Assembly: GCA_041663165.1 (NCBI GenBank)
Contig: JBAZRF010000001.1
Span: forward strand, 736 to 64,735
Source of the DNA: Minisyncoccota bacterium
GTDB lineage: Bacteria; Patescibacteriota; Minisyncoccia; Phycocordibacterales; XYD1-FULL-46-19
Length of the DNA stretch: 64,000 nucleotides
Reading direction: 5' to 3'
A model generated the notes under the pieces. The model was not told where the DNA came from. It made no database searches and saw only the letters and a program-made list of their open reading frames with translations. This document shows, piece by piece, positions 37,354-46,688 of this stretch; position 1 is the first letter of the stretch; the number at the start of each line of letters is the position of its first letter. Position numbers and translations under genes: made by a program.

Positions 37354-37812
37354 ATGGATCCGAGCGCCAAAATCCTTAATTTTTTGGATGATCACCACAT
37401 CAAGTACGAAGTTTTAGAGCATGAGCCGGTTTTTACCAGTGAACAAGCGGCTAAGATCAGAGGCACCGAATTATGCCAGGGCGCTAAGACTCTACTGCTT
37501 AAAACCGGGGGAGAGTTTGTTTTGGCCGTTTTGCCGGGGGAACGCCGACTTGATACAAAGAAACTGAAAAAGATTCTGGGCGTAAAAGATCTTCGTTTTG
37601 CCTTGCCAGAAGAAGTGGAAAAAATAATGGGCTGTCAAATCGGCGCCTGCTATCCGTTTGGCAATTTGATCGGCGTGCGAATGGTGGTTGATCAGGCAAT
37701 GGGTGATAATGAGATAATAACCTTTAACATCGGCCGGCACGATCGTTCAGTTAAAATGCGCTGGGACGATTATAAAAATATCACCAAAGCCGAAGTCGTT
37801 GAGATAACCTAA
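37354..37812 (+). CDS. YbaK/ProX aminoacyl-tRNA editing family protein
   Basis: HEPVFTSEQAA, AKTLLLK and GCQIGACYPFG motifs. Confidence 0.88.
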   Translation: MDPSAKILNFLDDHHIKYEVLEHEPVFTSEQAAKIRGTELCQGAKTLLLKTGGEFVLAVLPGERRLDTKKLKKILGVKDLRFALPEEVEKIMGCQIGACYPFGNLIGVRMVVDQAMGDNEIITFNIGRHDRSVKMRWDDYKNITKAEVVEIT

Positions 37813-37819
37813 AAATATT

Positions 37820-38254
37820 ATGATGTCAGAAACATTAAAAAAATTCCGTTACCCAGAATCGCTAGTCAAAGAATATGAGAATTGGTTATTATTATGTCGG
37901 CCCAAACAAAAAACCTTAGGGTCTCTTGTCTTGTTGTGCAAAGATGAGATAACTAGTTTCTCGGCGATTTCTGATAAAAGTTTTACTGAATTATCTCAAA
38001 TAATTCGCGAAGTAGAAGGTAAACTAAGAAAAGAATTCAATTACGACAAAATAAATTATCAGATGTGGATGATGGCCGATCCGGAAGTTCATTTTCATAT
38101 TTTCCCCCGATATTCCGTGGATAAGGAATTATTCGGTTTCGTCTTTAAAGATACCGCTTGGCCCGGCACGCTTGGAGACAATGACCTTAATCAAATAGGT
38201 GAGGAGGTCTATTTAAAATTGGCCAGTAAACTAAAAGAATTATTTAACAAATAA
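37820..38254 (+). CDS. HIT family hydrolase
   Basis: RPKQKTLG, YDKINY and VHFHIFPRY motifs. Confidence 0.88.
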   Translation: MMSETLKKFRYPESLVKEYENWLLLCRPKQKTLGSLVLLCKDEITSFSAISDKSFTELSQIIREVEGKLRKEFNYDKINYQMWMMADPEVHFHIFPRYSVDKELFGFVFKDTAWPGTLGDNDLNQIGEEVYLKLASKLKELFNK

Positions 38255-38317
38255 TAATGCAGATGAGAATGACCGGTCCTTATGGTGGGGGACCGGCCGT
38301 GGGAATTATTCGGAGGA

Positions 38318-38734
38318 CTAATTGTCTGAGGGCCGAAAGGTTCTGGCCCGAGGTCTTGCTTCGGGATCGACCCCTGGAGATGTTGACTGGGTAGTAATTA
38401 CTCCCATGGCGCTCGCTCCGCCCTCGTAGCCTTCGTGAAGCGCTTTCGAGATCGTCGGGGGCAGATCTTTGTCGTACAGGACGGATACCTGAATCTGTCG
38501 ACGAAGCATCTCTCTCTCACTATCCGATATCCAGCCACTATCGGCAAGCCTCTCAACTTCTCTTAAGGCTTCCGGTTTGCTGAGTACTAAGATGGGCTTT
38601 CTGCCTTGGACAAAGATTTGCCCCATGGCGTTTCCCTGCACCTCAACCTTTGACCCAAGTTCTCCGAGACCCGTTTTGATGGCCGCTATTAGCTCTTCTC
38701 GGGGAGGGGTTACCAAAAGACATGGCTTTTTCAC
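38318..38734 (-). CDS. Orphan hypothetical protein (solo cassette)
   Basis: GTG start with GAGGAG, TTTACA-17-TATTAT (38806-38778), hairpin at 38273-38296. Confidence 0.7.
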   Translation of the reverse strand: MKKPCLLVTPPREELIAAIKTGLGELGSKVEVQGNAMGQIFVQGRKPILVLSKPEALREVERLADSGWISDSEREMLRRQIQVSVLYDKDLPPTISKALHEGYEGGASAMGVITTQSTSPGVDPEARPRARTFRPSDN

Positions 38735-38856
38735 TTCTCAATCTCTCCTCAGTTCGGGTGAACGTTACCTGCCTCCCATAATAACATCTAATTGATATAT
38801 TGTAAATGCTGATATCTATTCTTGACGGTTAACGCTTTTTTGTGTATGGTGTTGTA

Positions 38857-38947
38857 TATCCCCGCGAATGCACTCGCTGTGTGGTGAGTGTGGCATCACA
38901 ACCGGTTTAGGGGGTGAGCCTCTCGGCTTCCCCCTTACCTTATTTTT
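38857..38947 (+). ncRNA. Candidate ~90-nt small RNA
   Basis: TTGACG-17-TATGGT (38822-38850), hairpin cactcgc/gtgagtg, terminator hairpin and T-tract. Confidence 0.45.
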
Positions 38948-39072
38948 TAAAGATGGCGTTTGTCAGAACTTACTAGCGATAGTGGGTTTTTTCTTTGCCA
39001 AGAGGTCATTTTTGTGTTAATGATAAACTGGAAAGTTGGCCTGAGCCTTACGGCAGAAAGGAGATTATGACT

Positions 39073-39426
39073 ATGCCAACGGCGAGAGTGCGATATGTCA
39101 ATACAGGAATTGGTCACGATACGTTGACCAAATTGAGAGACCATCTTCGCCGGTTGATCGCTCAAATTCTGACCGAGGTGGAAACGGCTCGGCCTGTAAG
39201 CGAAGACGGGGTTCGTTTGTTCTTCAAGAAAAACGAACCCTTCGATGTAATGCCCGATGATATCTTCATTGTGGTTGAAATCGGGATTACAGAAAGGCGC
39301 CTTCAGGCCAAAGACGCCATCGCTCGAAAGATACACCGAGGACTCGTGGAGGTGCTGGACGAAGGGCTGAAGTTCGAAGTCCAGGTCCGTCCTGTCGAGC
39401 GTGGTCGAGCCAAGAGCGGGGGGTGA
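39073..39426 (+). CDS. Tautomerase-superfamily-like protein (Pro-1), solo cassette
   Basis: AAGGAG 9 nt before ATG 39073 gives Met-Pro start, 117 aa with two beta-alpha-beta-like units. Confidence 0.6.
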   Translation: MPTARVRYVNTGIGHDTLTKLRDHLRRLIAQILTEVETARPVSEDGVRLFFKKNEPFDVMPDDIFIVVEIGITERRLQAKDAIARKIHRGLVEVLDEGLKFEVQVRPVERGRAKSGG

Positions 39427-39504
39427 CGCGAGGGGTAAGACCCTCCTCCGAAGATTGAATCGGTTCACTGGCAACAGTGGGCCTTTTCTTTTATAATTGA
39501 ACTG

Positions 39505-40566
39505 ATGAATACTGTTATTTTTATCGTCGTTGGGTTAGTGGTTGGTTTTGCTTTGGCCGTCATTGCCGTTAAGTTTTTTGGGTCAAAAAAAGAGGAGAAT
39601 GGGACGGATAATTCAGCCATGATGTTATTGCAAAATCAGATTGAGAATTTGACCAAAACGATTGATAGCCGTTTGCACGAAACTAATAAGCAATCGGCCG
39701 AGAGTGTGCGTGAGCAATTTAGCGAATTTGCCCGACTGTCGCGCGAAGTAACCGAGAAGTTGGTAAGGTTAGAAGAGACAAATAAACAGGTTATTAATTT
39801 TACCGACCAGCTCCAATCGCTCCAAGATATTTTAAAGAATCCCAAACAGCGAGGGATCTTGGGCGAATATTATCTTGAAACTTTATTAAAAAATGTCCTC
39901 CCGCCCGGCTCGTATCAAATGCAATATCCTTTTCCTGATGGCACGATTGTTGACGCCGTGGTGTTTGTGAAAGATAAAATTATTCCTATCGACTCCAAAT
40001 TTTCGCTCGAAAATTATAATCGAATTGTGGAAGAAAAAAGTCCGGCCGAAAAAGAAAAACTCGAAAAGATTTTTGTTAATGACTTAAAAAATCGTATTAG
40101 CGAAACGGCCAAATATGTTCAGCCTGATCGGGGAACGATGGAATTTGCCTTTATGTTCATCCCTCACGAGGCCATTTATTATGACCTAATTATCAATAAA
40201 ATTGGGGCGCTAAAAGACGAAAATACCGAAAACTTAATCCAGCGGGCGGCCTCAAAATACCACGTTATTATCGTTTCGCCGACCTCCTTCTTGGCCTATC
40301 TCCAGACCGTCCTACAGGGCCTAAAAGCCCTCCAGATTGAAGAATCAGCTAAGGAGATACGACAGAGGGTTGAAGAACTAGGCAAGCATATCGGGGCTTA
40401 TGAGAGCTATATGGCCAAGCTAGGGGGTGCCTTGGGGACCACCGTTAGCCACTATAATTTGGCCTACAAGGAGCTTAAAAAGGTGGATAAGGATGTACTA
40501 CGGGTAACTGGCGTCTCGGCCGGATTTGAGACCCAAACACTCGATAAACCCAATTTGGAGGACTAA
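39505..40566 (+). CDS. rmuC: DNA recombination protein RmuC
   Basis: N-terminal TM, coiled coil, KQRGILGE, IDSKF, FAFMFIP and VSPTS motifs. Confidence 0.93.
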   Translation: MNTVIFIVVGLVVGFALAVIAVKFFGSKKEENGTDNSAMMLLQNQIENLTKTIDSRLHETNKQSAESVREQFSEFARLSREVTEKLVRLEETNKQVINFTDQLQSLQDILKNPKQRGILGEYYLETLLKNVLPPGSYQMQYPFPDGTIVDAVVFVKDKIIPIDSKFSLENYNRIVEEKSPAEKEKLEKIFVNDLKNRISETAKYVQPDRGTMEFAFMFIPHEAIYYDLIINKIGALKDENTENLIQRAASKYHVIIVSPTSFLAYLQTVLQGLKALQIEESAKEIRQRVEELGKHIGAYESYMAKLGGALGTTVSHYNLAYKELKKVDKDVLRVTGVSAGFETQTLDKPNLED

Positions 40567-40622
40567 AAACCAAAGCGTCCCGGCACTAAACGATGCGCGG
40601 GACGCGAGAACACATATGAGGG

Positions 40623-40907
40623 TTAAGGGTTGGCAATCGGGGCGAGGACCCTATCTTCAAGCTGCCGAATGATGGCGTCTGGGTCAGTTCCCATAAGCCC
40701 TTCCCGAAGAGAAGAGAGAAACTGGGCAGCTAGGCAACCCTTGGCGTGTTGGAGATATCCTCCCCAACGTCCAGGGATCTCGGCCTGCTGGTCAATCTCT
40801 ACTCCCATTACCACGGCAACTTTTCTAAGGTCGCCACTTGTCAGAGCGTTCTTAAGATCTCTTCTCCCCTCCGGACTTATTCGTCCGGCCACAATCTTTT
40901 CGTCCAT
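40623..40907 (-). CDS. Orphan hypothetical protein (solo cassette)
   Basis: AAGGAG 5 nt before ATG 40907, TTGACT-17-TATTAT (40980-40952), terminator at 40575-40605. Confidence 0.7.
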   Translation of the reverse strand: MDEKIVAGRISPEGRRDLKNALTSGDLRKVAVVMGVEIDQQAEIPGRWGGYLQHAKGCLAAQFLSSLREGLMGTDPDAIIRQLEDRVLAPIANP

Positions 40908-41053
40908 AAGGACTCCTTTCCCCGAGGACCCCCTCGGAACACCTACTTGACATAATAGCATTTTAATTATAAAAAGTCAAGCATAAATTTGTTTTATTAA
41001 AAAGCCGAAGCCGCGGGATTGAACCGCGGCTGGGGGTCAAACAAATTGTCGGA

Positions 41054-41572
41054 CTAGAAGAGGTATCCATCTGGTGGTTCTTCTCCGTCGGATCCGTCGT
41101 CGCGCCGGGGATCAGGTCGGGCGAGTTCTCCCTCGGGTGGCTGTCCCAATGGCCATTTCCCCGAACTTTCGCTGACCGAAGACCTGCTGTCTCCATCTTG
41201 CTCTCCGGACGATTCTTCTGACGGGAAACAGTCCGGTCGTCTCGGCGGAGCTTCGTCTACCGGAGCCCTTCCCGTGATCCGGTCAAAGACTCTGGCTTGG
41301 AGTTTGGCGATCAAGGATTTGAACCCTTTGTCGTCGAAGTCTCCCTGACGCACTGTTTCCTCGAGAATTGCTCCAATTGTGCCATCGATCTCACGATCTT
41401 TGGTTTGATCGAAACGATTTCCTCTCGTCTGGAGATAGGCAGAACCATATTGACTCAGGATCGTTGTTCTTAGTGCCTCGAGAGACATCGCTGGTCTCCC
41501 TGGATGGCCCTTGGCCATCCACACCTCCCAGGCCCTTCTTATTTCCCCAGTGTAAGGGTCGATCTTGGCCAT
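41054..41572 (-). CDS. Orphan hypothetical protein with low-complexity C-terminus (solo cassette)
   Basis: GGAAGGA SD, TTGCTC-17-TAAAGT (41658-41630), hairpin at 41009-41031. Confidence 0.7.
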   Translation of the reverse strand: MAKIDPYTGEIRRAWEVWMAKGHPGRPAMSLEALRTTILSQYGSAYLQTRGNRFDQTKDREIDGTIGAILEETVRQGDFDDKGFKSLIAKLQARVFDRITGRAPVDEAPPRRPDCFPSEESSGEQDGDSRSSVSESSGKWPLGQPPEGELARPDPRRDDGSDGEEPPDGYLF

Positions 41573-41697
41573 TTGGCACCATCCTTCCTTTTCGCTCTGG
41601 CGAGCGCTCTGCGTTCAGTTCCACCCTTAACTTTAAATGAAAAAGAAAAAACGAGCAATCTTGCCATTAAACGGCTTTTGTGTATAATATAGTGGTT

Positions 41698-42006
41698 ATG
41701 TTCGCCATTATCGAAACGGGAGGTAAGCAGTACAAAGTCGCCGCGGGCGACTCTTTAAAGGTAGAAAAATTGCCCAAGACAGACAAGGGCGAAGTTATTT
41801 TTGATAAAGTTTTACTCGTCGCTGATGGCGAAAAAGTTCAGGTTGGCGATCCTTATCTTAAAGGGGCAACCGTTACCGCTAAGTTTGAAGAAGATGGCCG
41901 AGCTAAAAAAATTGTGGTTATCAAGTACAAAGCCAAATCGCGCTATCGCATTAAGACTGGCCATCGCCAGCCTTTTACCAAAGTCAAAATCGAAAAAATC
42001 GCCTAA
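41698..42006 (+). CDS. rplU: 50S ribosomal protein L21
   Basis: [14 protein letters not shown] and GHRQPFT motifs. Confidence 0.98.
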   Translation: MFAIIETGGKQYKVAAGDSLKVEKLPKTDKGEVIFDKVLLVADGEKVQVGDPYLKGATVTAKFEEDGRAKKIVVIKYKAKSRYRIKTGHRQPFTKVKIEKIA

Positions 42007-42067
42007 GGGCGATTTTTTCTTCGCCAGCCAGACATTTTTTAAAAACAGCTGGCAGGCTCGAAAAAAA

Positions 42068-42688
42068 TTAATGCCTGTTTGTCAGCGCATTTTTAATAGT
42101 CTCGGGGTCGGCATATTCGAGTTCAGAGCCGGTAGAGAGGCCACGGCCAAGGAGAGAAATTTTTAGTTTAGCTTGACCTGCCAATGGTTGTAATTTTTCA
42201 ATTAGCCAATCGGTCGTATGGTCGCCTTCGGTCGTGGCCGATAAAGCGATAATTATTTCAACCAAACCATCTTTAAGCCGTTCTTCTAATTGGGCCAAGA
42301 GGGGAGAAAAGCGGATGTGATTTTCAGGTTGCGGATCAAGAATTGGGACATTGCCACCAAGCACAAAATAATAACCATGGTAAGTTCGCGCTTTTTCGAT
42401 CGCGTCTAAGTCAATATCTTTTTCGACAATCATTAAACTAGACTTATCTCGCTCGGGGTCAACGCAAATTTTGCATTTGTCGGCTTTTGATTGATAACTG
42501 TTCGTGAAAAAACGACCACAACTGGCACACTGCTTGATATCTTTTTTTAAGTTTTTTATTTTATCGCCTAGCTGGTTCAGATAATTTTGATCGGTGCCTA
42601 AGAGATAATAAACAAAGCGCCGGGCTTGGCGTGGGCCAATGCCGGGGAATTTTCTGAAAAGTTCGGTTAAGCTATTTATTGTTTCCAT
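42068..42688 (-). CDS. recR: Recombination mediator RecR
   Basis: FPGIGPRQARR, C4 zinc finger, YFVLGG and ELEYAD motifs. Confidence 0.96.
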   Translation of the reverse strand: METINSLTELFRKFPGIGPRQARRFVYYLLGTDQNYLNQLGDKIKNLKKDIKQCASCGRFFTNSYQSKADKCKICVDPERDKSSLMIVEKDIDLDAIEKARTYHGYYFVLGGNVPILDPQPENHIRFSPLLAQLEERLKDGLVEIIIALSATTEGDHTTDWLIEKLQPLAGQAKLKISLLGRGLSTGSELEYADPETIKNALTNRH

Positions 42689-42705
42689 GTTTTAATTTTG
42701 TCTTC

Positions 42706-42791
42706 GGACTTGGTTTTGCTTTCTGAAAAGTCCTCGGTTCTCCTCAATCTGCGATTTCGGCCAGACATTTTCATAAAGCAAAATCAAGTCC
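42706..42791. repeat. 86-bp intergenic element with ~27-bp imperfect terminal inverted repeats
   Basis: ggacttggttttgctttctgaaaagtc / gacattttcataaagcaaaatcaagtcc. Confidence 0.75.
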
Positions 42792-42798
42792 TTAGTGC

Positions 42799-44157
42799 TT
42801 AAAAATTACCAAAATCACCCTTCTCGATATCCGAAAAGCTGGTGCGCGCGGCGTCAAAGTAGAGTTCAGCCTTACCGGTTGGACCGTTGCGGTGTTTTTC
42901 AATTAAAATTTCGGCGATATCTTTTTTTTCATTACTCTCCTCATCTTTTTCGCGGTGAATAAACATGACCACATCGGCGTCCTGTTCAATTGAACCGGAG
43001 TCGCGCAAGTCGGAGAGGCGCGGTTTGCCACCCCGCTGCTCAACGGCGCGGGAAAGCTGAGAGAGGGCGAGCACTGGTACGTCGATCTCACGGGCGAGCG
43101 CTTTGAGTGATCGAGAAATTTCGGTGACCATTTGCACTTGCGAATCAGTTTCTCGGCGAGGGACCATGAGTTGGAGGTAATCAACAATAATCAGGCCTAA
43201 ATTGTGTTCGGCTTTGAGTTTTCGCGCCTCCGACTTCATCCGCAAAATATTGTTTGACGGTTCATCATCAATAAAAATCGGCGCTTGGGCGAGCGAATCG
43301 AGCGCATCGCGCAAACGAGCAAAATCTTCGTCGGCGCGGATGGCACCGGTACGCAATTTCCATGAATCAACAAAACTTTCAGCGGCGAGCAGGCGGTCAG
43401 TTAATTGCTGGGTGCTCATTTCGAGTGAGAAGATACAGGTTGGGATTTTTTCGCGGCAAGCCACATGGCGGGCGATATCTAAGGCGAGCGAGGTTTTACC
43501 CATCGAGGGGCGAGCGGCTAAAATGATTAGGTCAGATTTTTGCAAACCGGCGAGCTTGGCATCAATGTCGCGAAAGCCGGTCGGCACGCCACGCATGGCG
43601 CCATCAGTCTTACTTAAATGATCAAAACGTTCCCAGGCTTCAGATAAGGCATCTTTAATATTGGTAACTTTTTTGTTGGCGTAGGAACCGAGGTTAAAAA
43701 TAATTTTTTGGGCGCGGTCTAAGACGTCAGTAACATCCTCATTTTCACGGTAGCCCAGCTCGGAGATTTGGTCGGCTGAACTAATTAATCCGCGCAAAGC
43801 TGCTTTTTTGTGCACTAATTCGGCGTAATGTTTGATGTTCGAAGCGGAGGGAACTTTGTTGGCCAATTCGGCGAGATAACTTGAACCACCAACGCTATCG
43901 AGCTGTCCCGCATCCTTCAGCTTTGATGAGACCGAAACAATGTCGACAGGCGAGCCAACTTCAGATAAGTCGATCATCGCGCTATAAATTTTTTGATGGC
44001 GCGTTGAATAAAAATCTTCAGGCCGAAGAAAATCGGCAATTTCACCGAGAACTTTTGGGCTAATCATAATCGACCCGAGCAAGGCTTGCTCGGCGTCCCC
44101 ATCATTTGGCGGAATTCTTAATTTTGTTCCGGCGAAGGGCTGTTTGTTTACGGCCAT
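42799..44157 (-). CDS. dnaB: Replicative DNA helicase
   Basis: AARPSMGKT, FSLEM, DYLQL, LSDLRDSGSIEQDAD and KHRNGPTG motifs. No intein. Confidence 0.98.
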   Translation of the reverse strand: MAVNKQPFAGTKLRIPPNDGDAEQALLGSIMISPKVLGEIADFLRPEDFYSTRHQKIYSAMIDLSEVGSPVDIVSVSSKLKDAGQLDSVGGSSYLAELANKVPSASNIKHYAELVHKKAALRGLISSADQISELGYRENEDVTDVLDRAQKIIFNLGSYANKKVTNIKDALSEAWERFDHLSKTDGAMRGVPTGFRDIDAKLAGLQKSDLIILAARPSMGKTSLALDIARHVACREKIPTCIFSLEMSTQQLTDRLLAAESFVDSWKLRTGAIRADEDFARLRDALDSLAQAPIFIDDEPSNNILRMKSEARKLKAEHNLGLIIVDYLQLMVPRRETDSQVQMVTEISRSLKALAREIDVPVLALSQLSRAVEQRGGKPRLSDLRDSGSIEQDADVVMFIHREKDEESNEKKDIAEILIEKHRNGPTGKAELYFDAARTSFSDIEKGDFGNF

Positions 44158-44263
44158 GCTCCTATTCTATCACAAGCAAAAAGTTAAAAGAAAAGCATAA
44201 AAAATGAGAAATTCTCTTTAATTTGGGGACAAAATGTTATTAAAAGGGGGAGAAGAAAATAGT

Positions 44264-44290
44264 AAAGGGCCCTCCTCCCGGGGGCCCTTT
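44264..44290 (-). terminator. Intrinsic terminator of the antiporter gene
   Basis: aaagggccc...gggcccttt. Confidence 0.65.
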
Positions 44291-44311
44291 GGTTGAAATG
44301 TTTGCGGCTAT

Positions 44312-46057
44312 TTAAGCCGCTCCTTTGCGATCTAACTCCTTTAAGCTGTCCCAGTGTTCTTTTCCGCGGTGTCGGAGTTCTTCTCCTGGTTTCAAGAGGA
44401 CATCGAGACTAACGTTCTGGGCATCGCTGCCTCGGTAACAACCGAGAGTCTCCGCCGCTAGCATGTGGGTCACAAGGACGAAATGGACCCCACGCTCGTA
44501 CAGGGCCAACGCGGTCCTGTTGGACGAAGTAATCGCTACGAAATTCGCGGTGGGGTTATCCCTGCTCAGGTGGGCAGCGAGAACCCCGTTGTCTTTGATG
44601 TCGGGCGCGGTTGAGATCATCGTCTCGACTTCGGAGAAATCGATACCCGCTCGAGACTCTTCACTGCAAGCGTCTCCGAATCGGCAGGGGACACGATCTT
44701 TCAACAATCTTGCGAAAATGTCTGGATCATGGTCAATCACGAGGTAATCAGTCTCTCTTCCTTTGAGCCCAAGCCCGATTGACTTACCGAGCCTGTCATA
44801 TCCCACTAGCACTATTTTGGGGTGCATGGTCTCGTCTGGCGCCAGTGGTTCCTGCTTCCATACTGTCAACTTGTCCAACCACCAAAGCTGTGAACGTAGC
44901 TTTTGGTAAAGGTCCAAATTGTACTTGATCAAGTATGACGATATCGTCATACTGACCACCGTCACCACAATGAAGGGTGGTAGGATCGTTGGATCCAGGT
45001 GCTTCAAGGCCACACCCTGGGCCACGAGCACGAGGCTAAACTCCGACAACTGGCCGAGGGCCAAACCGGAGTTAAAGGCCGAGGACCTTTCGTACCCGAA
45101 CAGGCCGACGATGATCATTACTAGGAGCGGCTTGATGACGATGACCGCAACAGACATCAGCACGATTAGGGTCAAATGGTTATAGATAATCAGGCCAAAT
45201 GATCCCAGCGAAGCACCACTGGTTGTCGGAGCGAGTTGGAGCCCTAGCGCCGCGAAGAACAAGACGGTGAAGAACGACTTCAACGCCTTGAAGTCCCCGA
45301 TGATCTCATGCTGGTACGCTAACGACGCCATCGCTAGGCCGGCTAGGAACGAGCCGATGCCCATCGACAGTTTCATCTTGGCCGCGTAAAAGGCGCAGAC
45401 GAACAGCACTCCCATAGCTACGACAAAAAGGGTTTCCCTTTCCCTCGCTACGCACCAGAACAGCCGTGGAAAAACGAACTTTCCGCAAACCATTACGATG
45501 AGTAAAATCAACCCGGCGGTAATCGTTCCTGTGCTTATCAACTCCGTCACTGAAAAATCATTGGCGGTAGTTAATATTGACAGGGCGAAAATCGCCATCA
45601 CGTCCTGCATTACTAGAATGCCTATGGAGATGCGTCCGTACAGGGTGTTAAGGTCGTATTTCTCGCCTAAGACCTTGACGACCAGCATCGTGGAGGAAAA
45701 GGATGTTGCGAAGCCGATGTAAGCACCCGCAATGCTAGTCATTCCCAGTAGCTTGGCCAGACCAAAACCTAAACCGAAGCTGGCGATGACTTGAAGACAT
45801 CCTCCGCCAATTGCGACAAGGCCGAGTTTCTTCAGGCGTGACAAGTCCATCTCGATTCCGATTACGAACAACATGATCGTAGCGGCGATTCCAGACATGT
45901 CACCGATCGACTCTACCTGGTTTATCCAGCCAAGGCAGAGAGGTCCTACTACTACTCCCGCCAAGACGTAGGCGGGGATCATGGGTTGCCGGGCTATTTT
46001 GAAAACTAGCCCAAACAATGCCGCTAACACGAACAAAATTCCTATATCCTGTTGCAT
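44312..46057 (-). CDS. CPA2 cation:proton antiporter with RCK_N/TrkA-N domain (KefB/KefC-like)
   Basis: Many TM helices, SSTMLVVK, ILVMQD, GQLSEFS, VGYDRLG and FGDA motifs. Confidence 0.9.
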   Translation of the reverse strand: MQQDIGILFVLAALFGLVFKIARQPMIPAYVLAGVVVGPLCLGWINQVESIGDMSGIAATIMLFVIGIEMDLSRLKKLGLVAIGGGCLQVIASFGLGFGLAKLLGMTSIAGAYIGFATSFSSTMLVVKVLGEKYDLNTLYGRISIGILVMQDVMAIFALSILTTANDFSVTELISTGTITAGLILLIVMVCGKFVFPRLFWCVARERETLFVVAMGVLFVCAFYAAKMKLSMGIGSFLAGLAMASLAYQHEIIGDFKALKSFFTVLFFAALGLQLAPTTSGASLGSFGLIIYNHLTLIVLMSVAVIVIKPLLVMIIVGLFGYERSSAFNSGLALGQLSEFSLVLVAQGVALKHLDPTILPPFIVVTVVSMTISSYLIKYNLDLYQKLRSQLWWLDKLTVWKQEPLAPDETMHPKIVLVGYDRLGKSIGLGLKGRETDYLVIDHDPDIFARLLKDRVPCRFGDACSEESRAGIDFSEVETMISTAPDIKDNGVLAAHLSRDNPTANFVAITSSNRTALALYERGVHFVLVTHMLAAETLGCYRGSDAQNVSLDVLLKPGEELRHRGKEHWDSLKELDRKGAA

Positions 46058-46235
46058 GGTCCAAACCCTTCCGCCGATCTGGTTAAAACGCTAGAGTTAG
46101 TTAAATTGGTAGAGAACATCTCTCCATTTTCATTACTGGCACATTTTATTTATTATGTCAAGTATTAAAAACAGCAAAAAATCCCCAAAAAAGGATTAAA
46201 TTCAAGAAAGATCTTAAATTAATTTTAGCTCTAGT

Positions 46236-46688
46236 TTATTGCACTATTCTAGGCAGGGGTACGCCATCTCGGCCGTAATATAAGTAGTTACCCCTCCAGT
46301 TGTTATGACTAGATGAATAGAGAGCTGTTTGACACACTTCTCCTTCCTCGGGCATTTCCACTTGGCCGATAATTCGCTCAAAGAGGGTGATTGACTTGTT
46401 GTCATTATCTTCGGAATAAAAGGGTCCAGTTTTCGAACCAATATTACAATTAAAGATCTCTGTTCGCCAACAATTTTCCTCTAGTTTGTCAGGGCAATCT
46501 TTAGTTTGTTTGTAATTTTTTGACCAACAATCATTATCTTTTAAGGAGCAATTTCGAAAAACCATAATCCCTGTTGGGCTCAGTATCTCCATTCGGGGAG
46601 CATTAAAAACAGAATAAATTCCCCAAAGGACAAAGCCAATAACAACTAATAAGAAAATAAAAATCAGGTACTTTAATAGTTTTTTCAT
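46236..46688 (-). CDS. Membrane-anchored Cys-rich hypothetical protein
   Basis: N-terminal TM, 6 Cys, start overlaps the cysS stop. Confidence 0.65.
   Translation of the reverse strand: MKKLLKYLIFIFLLVVIGFVLWGIYSVFNAPRMEILSPTGIMVFRNCSLKDNDCWSKNYKQTKDCPDKLEENCWRTEIFNCNIGSKTGPFYSEDNDNKSITLFERIIGQVEMPEEGEVCQTALYSSSHNNWRGNYLYYGRDGVPLPRIVQ

Noticed and set aside
46058-46135. Na+/Li+/fluoride riboswitch upstream of the antiporter
   Set aside because: No recognisable consensus, only a weak hairpin
40944-46164. 14-bp match tattatgtcaagta (46151-46164, inverted at 40944-40957) resembling a XerD arm of dif
   Set aside because: No convincing XerC arm at 6-bp spacing, and both copies coincide with promoter hexamers (TTGACA or TATTAT)
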